A program made the translations under genes and the position numbers. The notes under the pieces are model-generated. The model was not told the DNA's origin. It saw nothing but the letters and a program-made list of their open reading frames with translations, and ran no database searches. Shown piece after piece: positions 14,059 through 31,012 of a stretch of DNA of 64,000 nucleotides (its first letter is position 1; every line of letters begins with the position of its first letter). The stretch comes from the human T2T-CHM13v2.0 reference genome, Homo sapiens. The stretch lies in the NCBI RefSeq assembly GCF_009914755.1, contig NC_060928.1. The stretch is one strand, 5' to 3'.

Positions 14059-16022
14059 TCATCATCACAAAGAGTGATTCAGTGTAGACAGCACTCCAAA
14101 GATGTTTGGCTCCATCATTTGATTCCCCTAAAATCCAGCTTCCTTCAGCTCCATACAAATTTATGAAGCATCCTTGTGAGTACAGTGTTTGACACTGTTG
14201 TGAATTTCAAAAAGGAAAAGATAGTCTTCCTGTCTTTGAGTAATTCATAATTTAATTAGCGAGGAAATGGAATATGCCAAATGAGCGTGGGGCAATATGA
14301 AAACTTGCCTGACCACACTGGAAAGTCTCAAGAAAAAAGAATGGAGAGTTAAGAGGTAGTAGGCCTTCATGTAACTGGTTGAAGATGTTGAGCCACAGAC
14401 CTCTTGAGAAGGAGAGTAATGTGAGAGCCCTGGTGTTGTAGGAAGTGGACTGTCAATGTACAGAATGATTTGTGGAGGACACAGCAGGAAGATCACACAT
14501 GAGGCTACCAAGCCTCAGTGCTTTTATTTTTTTCATTGAAAACATAAAACATACCTTAATCTTTGTTATAGGGATGAAACAGCATTATGAATATAAAGTA
14601 ATAGGTAACTATTGTTTGTCCATTAAATAAAATATCATATGTTGATCACCATTGCCTAATACATAGGAAGAATTTAAAACATGCTAGCTCACTCCCTTCC
14701 ACTTAAGAGGCCTTTATAATAATGCACATATGAAAAAGTGGTAGGTAGAAATGGGAAGAAAAGGCAGAATCCAATACATTTCAGAGGGAAAAGAACTATT
14801 TTGAGAACAATTGTAATGTTTAAACAATGGAAGAACCTTAAAGTATGTTTTGATTCATTCAATAATGGACTGTTATAAAGATATTTAAAATCATGATTTT
14901 AAAGAGCATGCAATAGCATGAGGATTAATGAGAAAAGGGTGGAAAACATTATATAATACATGATCTCAGCTATGTAAACTGTGAAGAAAAAAATATTTTA
15001 TTAAATGTTTTGATTTTGTTAAAATATACTTTTAAAGGTTTAGGGTAAAAGTTGCCAAGGCATTGAAATGAAAGAGTGAATGACAGGAAGAATCAAATAA
15101 AATTTCATATTCAGGCCTGAAGACTCTTTGGTCTGTATATTCCTTGAGTATACACATATTATGTTTTTTCAATGTGACAACACTTTAGGTATTTACATTT
15201 TAGGTATTACTGTATTTACAAAATACTCACAGCCTTGCCCAAAAGAATTAGATAGATTTAGAGAGGAAGCCATTAACCCTTTTATGACCCATGGTTCCAA
15301 GCTCATTACTAATATTGATTAATGAATATCGATTTTTAATCCAACAGTATCAGGCATTAACCTTCATTCACCATGAAAGACCTTTATGAGGCTTATTGTC
15401 TAGATGCAGAGAAACTACATAATAAACTGAAACCAAGTAATAGTACAAAAGCACACCTGATGAATCTGGTGATTCTGGATACAAATATCAGAGGTAGGAG
15501 TGAGTACAGTGTACACTATCAATACTGTGAGGTGAAAGACTGTGTGATCAAGTTAGGTTAATAAATGAAGATTTGATGTCTATTATGATACCTCTGATGA
15601 TCAAAAAATTTGTTTTCTGTATTATTGCTTCATGTAGTAAATTGGAACTTAATCAAATGATATATTTAATAATTAATTCGTCCTTTTAAAGTATAATGAC
15701 AACATTAGGACTTGTGGCTTGATGTTGCCTTCTGAAGTTCTAGTAAAAAGGAGGTCAATGATGGTTCTAAATTACACCTCAGCAGAAAGTTGTGAGTATA
15801 GAATTTCTAGAGGAAGTGTTTTCAGAATTAGTTGGAGGAAGAGAAATGGTTTTGCTGATTTGTCTGAAGTAATGTTCTGTTTACATTGAAAGTAGATTTG
15901 GGCTGGATAGGTCACATTTAACATTTCAGGCCTAATGAAAACATCCCACGAACAAAAAAGATTTTGGTATGGAAAAATATGTTTCAAGCTGCCTCTTTGC
16001 AATTTAAACCTCTAGGAATTAC

Positions 16023-16367
16023 CTGAATTGGGAACAATAAGGTGACCTCCCAGCGAGTTGAAGCTGCCAAATGCGGTACAGGATGGATCAGTCTGCCTTG
16101 CTAGACTCTGGTTCTTCAGGCTGAGGGCTTCATTCTCCAACAACGACTGGGTCATCTGAGGGGACAGCTTGGACGTAAACTCAGAGAGGTCATCTTGGGG
16201 GGTGACAGCACCTGAGGTGTTGTACACTTTGATTTTCAGGTTGGGCAGTGGATCCAGAATTGGAGAGTTGGTCATTGGGATTTTGTCTGAGACGTCATGC
16301 AGGGCATAGACAGGTCCTCTGTACATGGCTGCAGCTGACGTGAGGTCTGGGGGTACAGCCAGCAGAT
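16023..16367 (-). CDS. UNC5C: UNC5C coding exon (~exon 9), cytoplasmic linker and start of ZU5
   Basis: cag|AT CTG CTG ... AAT TCA G|gtaatt; 345 nt; (D)[31 protein letters not shown]...[13 protein letters not shown](G). Confidence 0.97.
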
Positions 16368-17038
16368 CTGAGTCAGAAAGAGAAAATAATCCCATTGGCA
16401 TTCTCCATTCAGGCCAACCTACATTAGTCAGACTCCCCCTCACACTTTCTGAGCCGAAAGTAAAGCAGCTCAGCTAATATCGGAGATAGATAGACAGGCT
16501 CTACTGAAAACAGGGCAATCAGATAACTACCAGCTCTTTTATTATTGGCTGTAAGTAAGTGGTCAAGCTCATTCTATAATTTGCTTTGATGTCTACTCAT
16601 TATGCCCAAGGTATTTGGCTATTTCAACAGATTGGATTGAACAACGAGCCTCACTAGGTGACGATTAGCTATGGTTTCCCTGGTCTATACTGGATTTGGG
16701 TTCATTGGTAAATCATTCTATTCATAGCAATACAAGATATCTTGTCAAAGGAAGTTAAAAAAAGAGACTCAAGAAATCAGTCAACCAATCAGGGTACTCT
16801 TTTCGATTAGAAGTTAAAAAGTGACAGAGCAATCTGTCAGAAAAGAAAAAAAGAGGATTTATCTTGTTAACTCTAATTTGTTATGTAAATGACATCAATA
16901 CAGTAATGAACAAAATTAACTCAAATTGCTGTCTTCATGGAGCTTACATTCTAGCTGAATGAGATGACTCTAAAGTCATTGATTTTGAAACTGCTTACAT
17001 GCATAAGTAACAGGGTGTGAAGTGGAATGTCAACTGAC

Positions 17039-17230
17039 CTTGTCTTGCTGCCTTGATGTTCACAGGCTGAAAGCCCCCATTGAGTGCCGAAGAGTCAATA
17101 ATATCTGACTCAAAGTCACGATGATTCTTCCGATACACAAACAAGGCCACAACTACAGAGATCGCCAGGCAAACGATCACTGCTATCACAATCCCAACAT
17201 AGAGAGCAACATCATCTGAATCAGGAGCAG
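17039..17230 (-). CDS. UNC5C: UNC5C coding exon (~exon 8), transmembrane helix and DxxD caspase site
   Basis: tag|CT GCT CCT GAT ... AGA CAA G|gtcagt; 192 nt; [63 protein letters not shown]. Confidence 0.97.
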
Positions 17231-19263
17231 CTAGAGAGGAGAGTGAAACATTGAACCAGCTGCTTATAGAAATTTCCCACAGTACACATATGTATTGCTA
17301 TAATTTTTTCAGACATTTACTGCCTTTTTTATAGGTTAATTTCAAATCTATTTCAAAAGCTATATAAAATGGCTGTGGCCTTTCAGTGGAAAATTGTCTC
17401 TGATTTCTTTTCCTTTCTCACTCTGCATCTATCCACCCACTAATCTATCTTATAATTGGGCAGCATAACAGACTGTTTATTACTAGGCATATAAAGAAAC
17501 TGGAACTAAAACCATCCCAACCCACAGGAAAAAAAAGTTTATTACTCATTTCAGGTGGAAAAGTTTGGAAGGGTTTTTGAATTCACTGATAGTTCTTTAA
17601 AAACATAAACATAAACACTGTTAGAAATATCTGGCATGTTTTAAATCTGCATATTTATTGAACCAGAATATTTTCCTAAGTATCACTCCAAGTCATAAAA
17701 TGACTTTCCATAGCACTCTTCTCACTTTCCCCTAAATCAATGGAGAGGTGGGTGGGAATGGTGTAACTAAGCAAAGCAAATACTAGGAGCAAACATATTA
17801 AATTTGAAAGGTGTGCTTTCAGAGGGCCCAGATCTGGGGGACAGAGGTTAATGCTGATAACCTTCTCTAAGTCCAGGCTTTGATACAGATGCAGTATTAT
17901 CTCTGAGAACCCTGAGCTTCTCACGGTCCCCTGTCAGAGATTTACATTTGAGCTACTCATTACTAGAATAAAATATAGCTCTCTTGTGCACTAAGGAAGA
18001 CAAAGGCCTGGTTCAGTGATCAGAAAGTTCAGACTACCCCAGAAGGCAAATAAGCATTTGACCAACACAGTGTGTCAGTCAACTGAGGTCTTTTTTCTGG
18101 AACAGAATTCCTATAAATGTTGCATGTTGCCTTGGTGGCACAGAACATGCTTGCATCTAACTGGAAAAGGTGATAGAAGCTGATAATTAAAACAAACAAA
18201 TGAAATGAAACCTTTGTGGACCCCTTTGACATTTTTAAGTCTCTGTTTTTAGTATTCTGTGATGCACAAAAACATGTTCAGCAAAATTAATCAAAGCTGC
18301 TCCACTCACTGTAAAAGAGGTTGTTAAATTGGTACTTCAGGTAGTCGAGAACAACCTAGAATTTTATGGTCAATTTTATATACATGTACATTTTTCAGGG
18401 AGAGAGAACTTTCCAATTTGTAGGTCCCATGACCTCCTAAAATGTGAGGAACCACGGCCCTCTCCTAACGCTCACAGCCACATGGTTTACATGGTGAAAT
18501 AACTCATCATTTCATTTGCCAGTGGCTCATGAGACAACCCACACTCTAATGTCATGGAATCTTTCACATATTAGCAGTGTAAATGAATTCTTTATTGGGA
18601 ATTGCTCTATCTCTTTTGGCATTTTGTGTTTAAATGTAATGTATCCAAAAGGATTTTGCTTTCTTTTAAAAATAATTTTCTTCCCAACATTTCCAGAATA
18701 TTCACTTTCCCATCAATCAAGTCAATGTTAGCAAATTTTCTTCAGAAAACCAGTGATATCACAAATACTCGTGATTGGGTGAGTGCTGCTTTCAAAGTAC
18801 TTACTTCACTTCTCTGTTGGGTTTTATTTGAGGCACTGCTGCAGGATTCTGAACTCTGGTCAGAATATTATATCTAAATTCTTATTGTTTTACTTTACCA
18901 GGTCATAGTTACTTATTCAACATTCATGATTTCTAGCTCAACCCATCTGTCTTTTTTCAACCCTTTCTGTTTTGGTATTTGAACCCTGCCCTTTACTTAT
19001 ATCAGCACATTTCATGATATGTTTTGTCAGCTACTGGGACTCAAGCTTTGAATGGTAGACTGATAGATTTTAAAGTTGGCAGAGTCTTGAAATGACCCTT
19101 TCTTCTCTTCAGCAGCAAAAATCTAATTTATTTTTCATGTTAGAATATATTAGGCTCCTATTTCCTGTGTGCACATCTGTAATCCGAAGAAAGGTAAACT
19201 TGAACTAGGGGCAATAACGTTAAATGATTATTCAGCAACATAAAATCCAAACATCAAACTTAC

Positions 19264-19320
19264 AAGAAAATCCATATTCATTCTGGGTTCTCTGTTCAGT
19301 TGAAATGGGATAAATGAAAC
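19264..19320 (-). CDS. UNC5C: UNC5C alternative 57-nt cassette exon (juxtamembrane ectodomain insert)
   Basis: Long U-rich tract + caag|GTTTCATTTATCCC...GGATTTTCTT|gtaagt; 57 nt, phase 1-1, no stop; replaces T with SFIYPISTEQRTQNEYGFSS, matching my recollection of a longer UNC5C isoform. Confidence 0.88.
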
Positions 19321-21054
19321 CTTGAAAAGAAAAAAAAATGAAACAAAAATGGGAACAAAATCAAATTAATGAGGGAAAGAAAATAGGAAGCATGAAAAAT
19401 GGTTTAATTAAAAGGAAAAGAAACCTGTGGTCTTTTAAAATTCTGATTCAGTATAAAATTATGATTTTGCATCTCCTGTCTGCTCTGGAGCCTCACTAAG
19501 AATTAATAAGCAGGCAGATTGAATTTTAGAGCAAAAACTGGTCTCGAGTCACTAACTTTGGAGTGCTTAAAGTCTTTCTTTTATTGAGCATAAACTCTAA
19601 TGGATCTAATTTATTTCAGACATCAGGGGTCATTAGCATAAGGAAAATCTTTTTTCCTTATCCCTGCCATATGCTTTAATTCCCAGGACATATTCAGTAA
19701 GGCTCTAAACAGTTTTTTTTTCTTTTTTATTTAATCATAACAGCTTGTGCTTGGTCTAAGAGAACTAAAGAAGACCTGTCATCATTGGTCAAAGGTTAAG
19801 TACCCATTTACTGAGCTAAGCTGAGACCACCTCTCCCCCGCTCCATCTCAAATCTACTTTTTGGATTTTCTGTTGTTTCTTGCCCCCTTCATTTAATAGG
19901 AGTTCGATAGGTTTTGCCTAGGGACTGAACAGTTTGTCAATGCAATGGAAACTGGATGCTTTTTATTTGAAATCATTAGAAAATCAATAGGGCCTAGAGG
20001 TTATAAGGGTATTTATTTTAGGGCTTCAGAGAAATGGTGTATATTGGGAAAAATAAAAACTTTCATCTCAATAGAAAAATGCAGAAATAGCACTAGCATT
20101 TTATTTCTCTTCCTTTTTAGTGTATTCTGAAGGTGGAAACTAACAATAATAATGCAATATGGATAATGATAATAATGTGAAGTGGAATAAGATAGGGAAA
20201 AGTCACTTAAAATATGTGCAACACAAACTTTTTGAAATGAAAAACCTATGGAAAGTTTTAAAGTATATCTTATACTGGTAACCACAGTTCTCCAAGATTT
20301 ACTATTCTGCTACATATGAATTAATCAAATGATACAGCACCATTTGGATTAATAAAATGAAGATGACTAAGAAGCCTGTGAATTAAACCTTCCTAGTAAT
20401 ACTCAAGGGCAAAAAACAGAGGAAAACAAGTTTCACAATTAACTGGTTCAAAATGAAAGGTCTATAAAGCTGTAATACTAAAAGCAACTCTAAATCGTGC
20501 CTCAGGTAGCACTTCCGTAGTTTGCCGAACACTCAGTTCTTACAAGCTATTTACCTATTTGGGGGAACTAATTCTGGAGAAACATGCAGTGCTACCTTAA
20601 TGAAAGAGAGCTTTGCTGTAGCACAGATAGGTTTGCTCTGAATTCATTTTTAATGCCTTATTTTAGAGCAATGATTGCAACCTCCTACTCAGTTTTATAA
20701 ATATTATATTCCTTATTCTAGTTGTCTGAGTCCATGTATTAGGTTTGATTTTCATTTTTAAACACCACTGCCTGGTAATAAAATTTTTCCATTTGTATTC
20801 TGTGAACTCAATAAAAGGACATCTGGGACATACACAGGCTCTATTTTCAAAACCCAAAGACTTAACACAAAACAAGTTCACTGCTAGTAGAGGAGACCAG
20901 ATCACAATGCCATCTTCCTGGAAGTGATGATGTTAAGTAGAAGAATGTCAAAAGACTTATTTTTGCAGGTAAGAGGCAAGGAAATGAGTATAAAAGGCAT
21001 GTTTACAAATGCTATGATGCTCATCCTGAAACTTTTGGTAAGAATCAGCCTGGC

Positions 21055-21419
<365 letters not shown>

Positions 21420-21656
21420 CTAGGTATCACGTGGTCCGAAATTTCTCCCTGTAAAGCAGTTCTGAGTTTTTTGTCCCTGCTTCCCACCAGAATTCCTGTT
21501 CTTGATAGGCAGACCAAGAATAGAGAATATAACTTCGTAACTTCGATTTGAATGTCAACTTTCACAAATATTATGTAGATTTAAACTACTCAATAAATGT
21601 TTTGTGCCTTATGGTATTTATCTGAAACTGCAATCTCATTCCAGGCACAGAATTGG

Positions 21657-22520
<864 letters not shown>

Positions 22521-23816
22521 AGGTGATAGGGTTTTACAGATGGCTTCTATAACACATGGCTTGGGAGATATCTGTCAATAGGTGTATAATATAACTGATG
22601 AAGTGTTTGCATTTGAGGTTGTTCTGAATGAAAATAAAATATTAAAAAAATTAAATATCGCCTCACTCTAAAATATTAAAATATTTAATATTTAAAAAAT
22701 TTTAAAAATATTTTACAAAGTCTCACTTACTTTAGTTATTCCTCACAGGCAATTAGGACCAATCTAGCCAAACTCTTATTTTCCTACATGGGAAAATTTA
22801 AAACAGACCAGTATTAAGTGTACTCACCAAAGGTTTGACACTCCAATTTACTCTGTTATGGAAACACTGATAAAAAGTTATGTAAGGCATCCCTGTAAAA
22901 CTTTTTCCATCATTTTCAAAACACTTCTGCAACTACAGAAGTAAAACATCACTTAGCAGGCTGGGAATCAGAGAAGAAGGGGATTACTGTTCCATCCCCT
23001 AAATGAGGGGAACACAGAATCACTTTCTGGAGTTTGTTTTTATGCTTCTCCATCTGATCCGTCTCTCACGGAACAACAGGGAACATTTTCTTCAGCTAAT
23101 GAGGTGACCCTGCTGAGAGTAGTCCTAGCAATAATGAAAAATAACATCTCCGGCGGAACACAGTGCAAAATAATTGTTTTTCGGTTGCTACCGACAGCCT
23201 GGTTCAAAAGTTAGGGATTTCAGTTAACTTTCCTGCTACTTCAAAGTAAGGTGGGCTAAGAAAAGCACCAGGCCATGGGCCAGTACACTGCTTTTCAGTG
23301 TCATGAACATCAGCTTGAATCCTAGCTCTGCCACTTAGCTGGGAGAGCTTTGCCGAACTACTTCACTTTTCTAAGTATCAGTTTTCTAATCTGTGTAAGG
23401 GGATATGAATACTTACATCTAGAGCTGTGGAAAGGATAAATGAGATTTGTAAGGTGCTGGTACATTGCCAGTAATCAAGAAATGACCAACAATGACATTG
23501 ATATAATTATGATGCACGTTACTAAGGTATACTAAGATGCTGGGTCCTTAAGGGATTTTATCTGTAGAGTCAACATAGCCTATTATCTAATGAGTGATCT
23601 TAGGAAACTCGTTTGAATTTGTTTCCCCAGTTATTACATAGACAGGGAGCCCAGTTTTTCAGAGAAGCCGTATGCAATGCTCTCTTCTAAGGACTCTTGC
23701 ACTCTCTTCATGTAAAAAGGCTTATGCCTGTCCTTTGTGGCTTCTGGCAAAAGATATGGTGGTATGTTTCCAAAGCACATTTTCAAGGCCAGAGTGCAAA
23801 TTGATGGTAAAAAGGT

Positions 23817-24025
23817 ATCTCAACCAAGAGTGATGCAATTTCTCAAGAGGGTGTTTGGAAATGGGGTAGGGATGGTGTTTTTTTTTGGTTGTCATAAGGA
23901 TTAGGTGGTTGTTTTTTGGCATTTGGTGAGTGGAGGCCAAGGATATTGAATGTCCTGCAATGAAAGAAACAATCTTGCCATGAAAGGATGGCCCAGAACA
24001 AAATCCACCTCCCTTGATAACAACT
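23817..24025 (+). mobile_element. MER20-like DNA transposon
   Basis: tctcaacc...tttttggttgtcataa...ggcatttggtgagtggaggccaaggatatt...cctgcaatg. Confidence 0.65.
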
Positions 24026-24170
24026 TTCAAAATCACCTCTTTTTGACTGAGAAGGCAAGAACAGGCATGGCGTTCAGGGAAAGGTATGAGGCTTGTTATC
24101 CCTGGGTACAGTGTGGCCTCAGCAACTGCTTTTTCAAGAGCAGTGCTTTTTCAAGGGTAACTGCTTATAA

Positions 24171-24507
<337 letters not shown>

Positions 24508-26186
24508 TAACTTGTATTTTTAAAGAAAATTTATTTTTTAAAGCATAGATTTTCCTGACTTGCAGGAATACAGACTAAAGGAGATTCGATATGGAGAAAA
24601 CCTTTAAGTGAAGAAAAAATATTTGAAAACTGGAGCAAGAGCAGGCTATGTCTTAAACAGTCCATGCAATGCTCCTTTTACTTGAAGACCATCTCATAAT
24701 TGCTCAAAACATTATCTCAGGAGATTGTCTCATTCAATCTTTTTCATATGAGGAGACAGAGTCTCAAAGGTGAGAAAGGATGTTTGCAAAGTTACCCAAA
24801 GTGTTGATATTCTACCAACTAAAATTTGGGTCAATAAAACTGACAATGTATAATTTTGCATTGTCCAGCTCTGGGTGGCAGCATTCATATTTGTGTTTAC
24901 TGTAGATTTGGATTAATCATAGAACCATTTCCTGGCTGCTGGTAGTAAAGTGACTTAGGGAACGAATGACTTTTTTCTAATTTGCACAAGGTCATCATTT
25001 AGACTAGAGGTGAGGTTGCCCGAACTTTTTAGTGATGTCCAACCATTGTAAAAGATCAGAGCCCATGTCCAAGTATTGTAAAAAAAGAAAGAGAGCAAGA
25101 GAGCTTTCCTTGGTGTTTACACTGAAGGAAGTAATATCAAATTATCCCTAAGTACACAGCCAAGACCCAGTAACTGAGCAACAATATACCTAAATGTAGC
25201 CTGTCTGGTGGGTTTATATTTGAGAGTCTCAAGAATAATGCCAGAAACAAAATGTAAATCTTCATTTCCCCAATAAACAGCAACTACTTTTATTTTTCTA
25301 GCCTTTTCAAATTTTTTCTTTCCAAGCCATATGGATAGATAGCAAAAAATGATCATGGTTTTATTACTACTTTTTAAAAAAATAATTCAAACTGTTTTTA
25401 TGCCATACTACATACTTTCATATAAATAATTATCAAGCAAATATTCTGATGTGAGAAATGTCATAACTTCTGAACATCATTAGCCAGGTTTAAATCCTCA
25501 AAACCAAGTCTATGTTCTCACAAACTTGCAAACCCCCAGGATGTTGGAGTGAAAATAGATCATTGATTGGAACTCCCTAATTTAACCCTTTGAGTATAGA
25601 GTGGTAAAGGGATTTGTCTAACATTATAAAGCTGGTGAAACAGCAGAGCCAGGGTTGGATCCCAGCCCTCAGGCTACACCTCCACCGTCCTTCTTAAGTA
25701 CTATGTGAGCAATAATTAGTAGATTCGAATGAGGAGAGACAAGGAAATAACAGAAGAGGGCTTGGTAGGCACCTGGCTTAATTTGTAATTTGGTGATTGC
25801 ATGAGATAACCCTGCTGATTTGGACTGTAAAATATCTCTCCATTTGAAATATTATCATTTATAGTCATGACACTTATAAAGCCAAAAATAGCATAGAGAG
25901 GTTGTCTCCTTTACATGAAAAAAATTTCCAAACAGTGTCTTCTGTTACAAGTGTGGGGCAAGCAAAGAGGTGTACCAAACCTCAGCATTTCCACTCTAAT
26001 GTGACTGGGGAGCCTTGCTAGAGTGATGTAGTTGTTAATGCATGATAATCACATTGCATTTGGCATAAAACCCTATAAGTAAATATTTAAAGGAGAAACA
26101 TCATTTCCCTCAAAAATGATGCCATGTGGAAAAAAGGAATAAACATCAATAATTGGAGGAGCTCTACACATCAGAAGAAAATTCCA

Positions 26187-27760
<1,574 letters not shown>

Positions 27761-29225
27761 TATTTTAAAGCAATAAAAGCTGACAACCACTTGCTTCTGG
27801 CATCCAAGATCCTGCATGAGAACAGGCTTAAAAATGAGACAGATCTGCCTTCACACATTGGCTCCAGCACTCATCTGTGGATGTTGGGAGGGCTGTTTCA
27901 ATTATATGCCTCAGTTTCTTCCTTTGTAAAAGAGAACTATTGTTAGGGGATTAACAAAAGTTCTGTTTGTAAGGTTTTTTTTCTACCTTTTGAGTATTAA
28001 TTAAATTGAGCTCAATTCAATTTTTTCTTAACTTGGTCATGTCTGACACAGTAGACTGGGGTCAGAAGCAACTAATGCCAGGGCCTAAAATCAATGTATT
28101 AGGTGGACAGCAAACAGAATTAAAATGAAATCTGAAATATCTTTAAACTACCATATAAGATATGGTACTTTTTATGCCCTCTAAAGTCTATATGTAGGTG
28201 TCTGGGCATTAAAACCTTGTCTTTACATTAGTATCAGATACTTGGCCAAAAAAGAGATAGGTAGAGTTTTAGGAGGTGTCCTGCTTGCCTTTGAGGTTTA
28301 CTCATTACATTTCAATATGGAGCTGCTTCTATGACCTTAATACCCGTAAATAGATTTTAGGATACTGTGGGGATTAAGCACAATAGATGATAGATTCATA
28401 TCTTATGGGGGTGGCTAGGATGCAAGTTATGCATATGACATAATGTCATTTATAAAAGCATTAAACATATTCTAAAAAAGTAGCTATTTTTAGGTCACAA
28501 AGGTCTTGGTTAGTTTTAGTAATATTTATCTACTCTAAGTCCACTAGGCTACTTGATAAGATTGTTCCTCATTTTCTGATCCTATCCTTAGAAGAATCCC
28601 CTCTCCTTGACCTGGCCGCTTGGTCTTCTTTTTTGCCAGTTACTTTACACTAAGCCAAAACATGGGCAATTTTTTCACCCCAATTACATTTGTTCTGATG
28701 CAAATGTTCTTATTAAAACCTCAAGGGCCATTCAAAATAAACATGTCCAGATTTTCTTTTATCCTTTAAGGTCAGCTCTTATCTAGCAAACCCATCAGGG
28801 CTGCACTAATGATGTCAAAGGTCAGGTCTGTCAAAGACACCCAGGGTCATTTATTATAATTTACCACTCTTCTGAGGGTTTATTTATTGATAGGGCTTAA
28901 GGAACTCCAAATAAATGAATACATAAATCCTAGGACATGACAACAACAATTAAAAAGAACATTTGCTTATCACTGATGTCAGTTATCTAAATTGCCATGG
29001 TAATTTACTGCTCCAGCCTGCTGAGGACAATGGCCACACCTCACTAAGCTGGTTCATAGCCCTGTTCCTTACAGTGACCAGCCACACCCTTCTGAAAATG
29101 AATAGTAGATAATTAACATCCCAGGATGTAAATGTCTTATCTCATGATTCACAGTAGGTGAAGCATAAATGCCTGAAATTTAAACTAAGTTCATTAATAT
29201 CAAACTCATAGATCAGCTACTCAAG

Positions 29226-29366
29226 TGTTTTTATATGTGTTATATAAACTATATTATGTTTTATATAAGTGTTATATAAACTATAATATATTACATAAAC
29301 TATATTATGTAAACTATATTATAAAACATATTATATATGTTTTATATAAGTGTTATATTATATAAT
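29226..29366. repeat. AT-rich degenerate tandem repeat
   Basis: Recurring taaactatattat and gttttatataagtgttata units. Confidence 0.75.
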
Positions 29367-30709
29367 GGACTCTATCCCCGTCAATGCTTCTTAGAAAAGA
29401 AAAATAAATTATAAATCCAAAAGCAATGATACCAGAACCCCTCCATGGTAGTAAAGACACCTGATAGAAAAAGTAAAATGATGAAGAGTCCTGATGTATA
29501 AGGTGACTGACTTCTAGAATACATGAACCTATCTGCTAGATTTCTAGCAAGAAGAAAATTGAGCTTGCAGCCCTGGACCTGCACCCCCGTGATCTCGAAG
29601 GAGCCCATGCTTTGCTGTAGTTGCTGGCTTGGTGGCACCTTTCTTGATCCCCTCAGAGGTCCCTTTCCACCTAGAATCTAAAGACCTTGCATTTGTTTTC
29701 TAACCTGTTTGGTGCTCCGTAGGTGTTCATTAGGCTTCTGTAGGCTAAAGTTTCTAACCACATCCCTGCTTTCAAAACCAGGAAAATGTTTTACCAGAAA
29801 GGAAAACAAAAGCAAACCACACTTATTATACCGGACACTGTGTAGCATTGTGTTGGGCAGGCAGGCCATGTACAGAATATTTATTTGCCAGCTGGGACGC
29901 TACACATATCAAGAACTACACAAACACAGCTATGACATCAACTTCTTCCAACTATGGATAAAAGCTCTCACTGTCTACCACTCACAATTATGCTTTCCTA
30001 TCAAACTGCTGTGTTGACAAGAATTTCACTGGGAAATGACTAGCACCTTCTCAAATGCCTACCACAGGCGGTTATAAACGTATCATTCTAAAGTCAAGAA
30101 ATGAGTATTTGTAAGGTAAATTACTTCCCCACATTAAATCCACCTGGGCTTCTGGGGGCCCTGGTATGCAGTGTGTCCACACCACAGTTTACACATGGAG
30201 AGCTCTGCCACTTCCTCTGTACTTCTGAGAATTAATAGAAGAGCTGTGTGACGTGTAATTTTTTTAATGAGTTGAAAGTGCTAACTTTGCAGAATGCCTA
30301 ACATTTTAATTTCCCAAAGTCAGGAAGTTCACTGATGCAGACACAATTCCAAGCAGTTCTTGTTAGTAAATTACAATTTTAAATTTGTCTACTGTGGCAT
30401 GAACCGTCTTCAGCAAGGAGTAATTCTAAGTTCAGATTTGAACTGTTAAAAATCCCTATGAGAAACTCCAAACTTACAAAGAGAATAAAAACTAAAATCT
30501 ATAGGAATGGTTGCAGTAACTTAATAATCCAATCTACTGTATTGATAAATATATATATAAATTTGCATTTCTGGACTAGGCCATATATATAGTATTTGAA
30601 TTGCTATTTTCAAAAGGAAGAAGTAAGCAGTGATTAAACTATTCATATTATATGCTATCCATGACAAATAGATCTTACTAAAAATTCATTATAAAGATTA
30701 TAAAAGTTA

Positions 30710-31012
30710 GGCCCCATGTGGTGGCTCAGGCCTGTAATCTCAGCACTTTGGGAGGCTGAGGTGGGCAGATCACTTGAGGTCAGGAGTTCGAGACCAGCCT
30801 GGCCAAATGGTGAAACCCCATCTCTATTAAAAATACAAAAATTAGGTGGGTAGGGTGGCGAATGCCTGTAATCCCAACTACTCAGGAGGCTGAGGCAGGA
30901 GAATTGCTTAAACCCAGGAGGCAGAAGGTTGCAGTGAGCCAGAATGGCGCCACTGCACTCCAGCCTGGGCAACAGAATGAGACTCCATCACATTTAAAAA
31001 AAAAAGGAAAGA
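30710..31012 (+). mobile_element. Alu (AluSx-like) with 17-bp TSD
   Basis: aaagattataaaagtta at 30693-30709 and 31013-31029. Confidence 0.95.

Noticed and set aside
16368-16443. In-frame upstream extension of the 345-nt exon
   Set aside because: Intron with polypyrimidine tract; acceptor at 16369-16368 gives the correct junction
22640-22715. AT-only quasi-palindromes
   Set aside because: Expected in low-complexity AT sequence and far shorter than PATRR-type elements
29226-29366. Repeat-spacer-like periodicity (CRISPR-like)
   Set aside because: Low-complexity AT tandem degeneration, no unique spacers, eukaryotic intron
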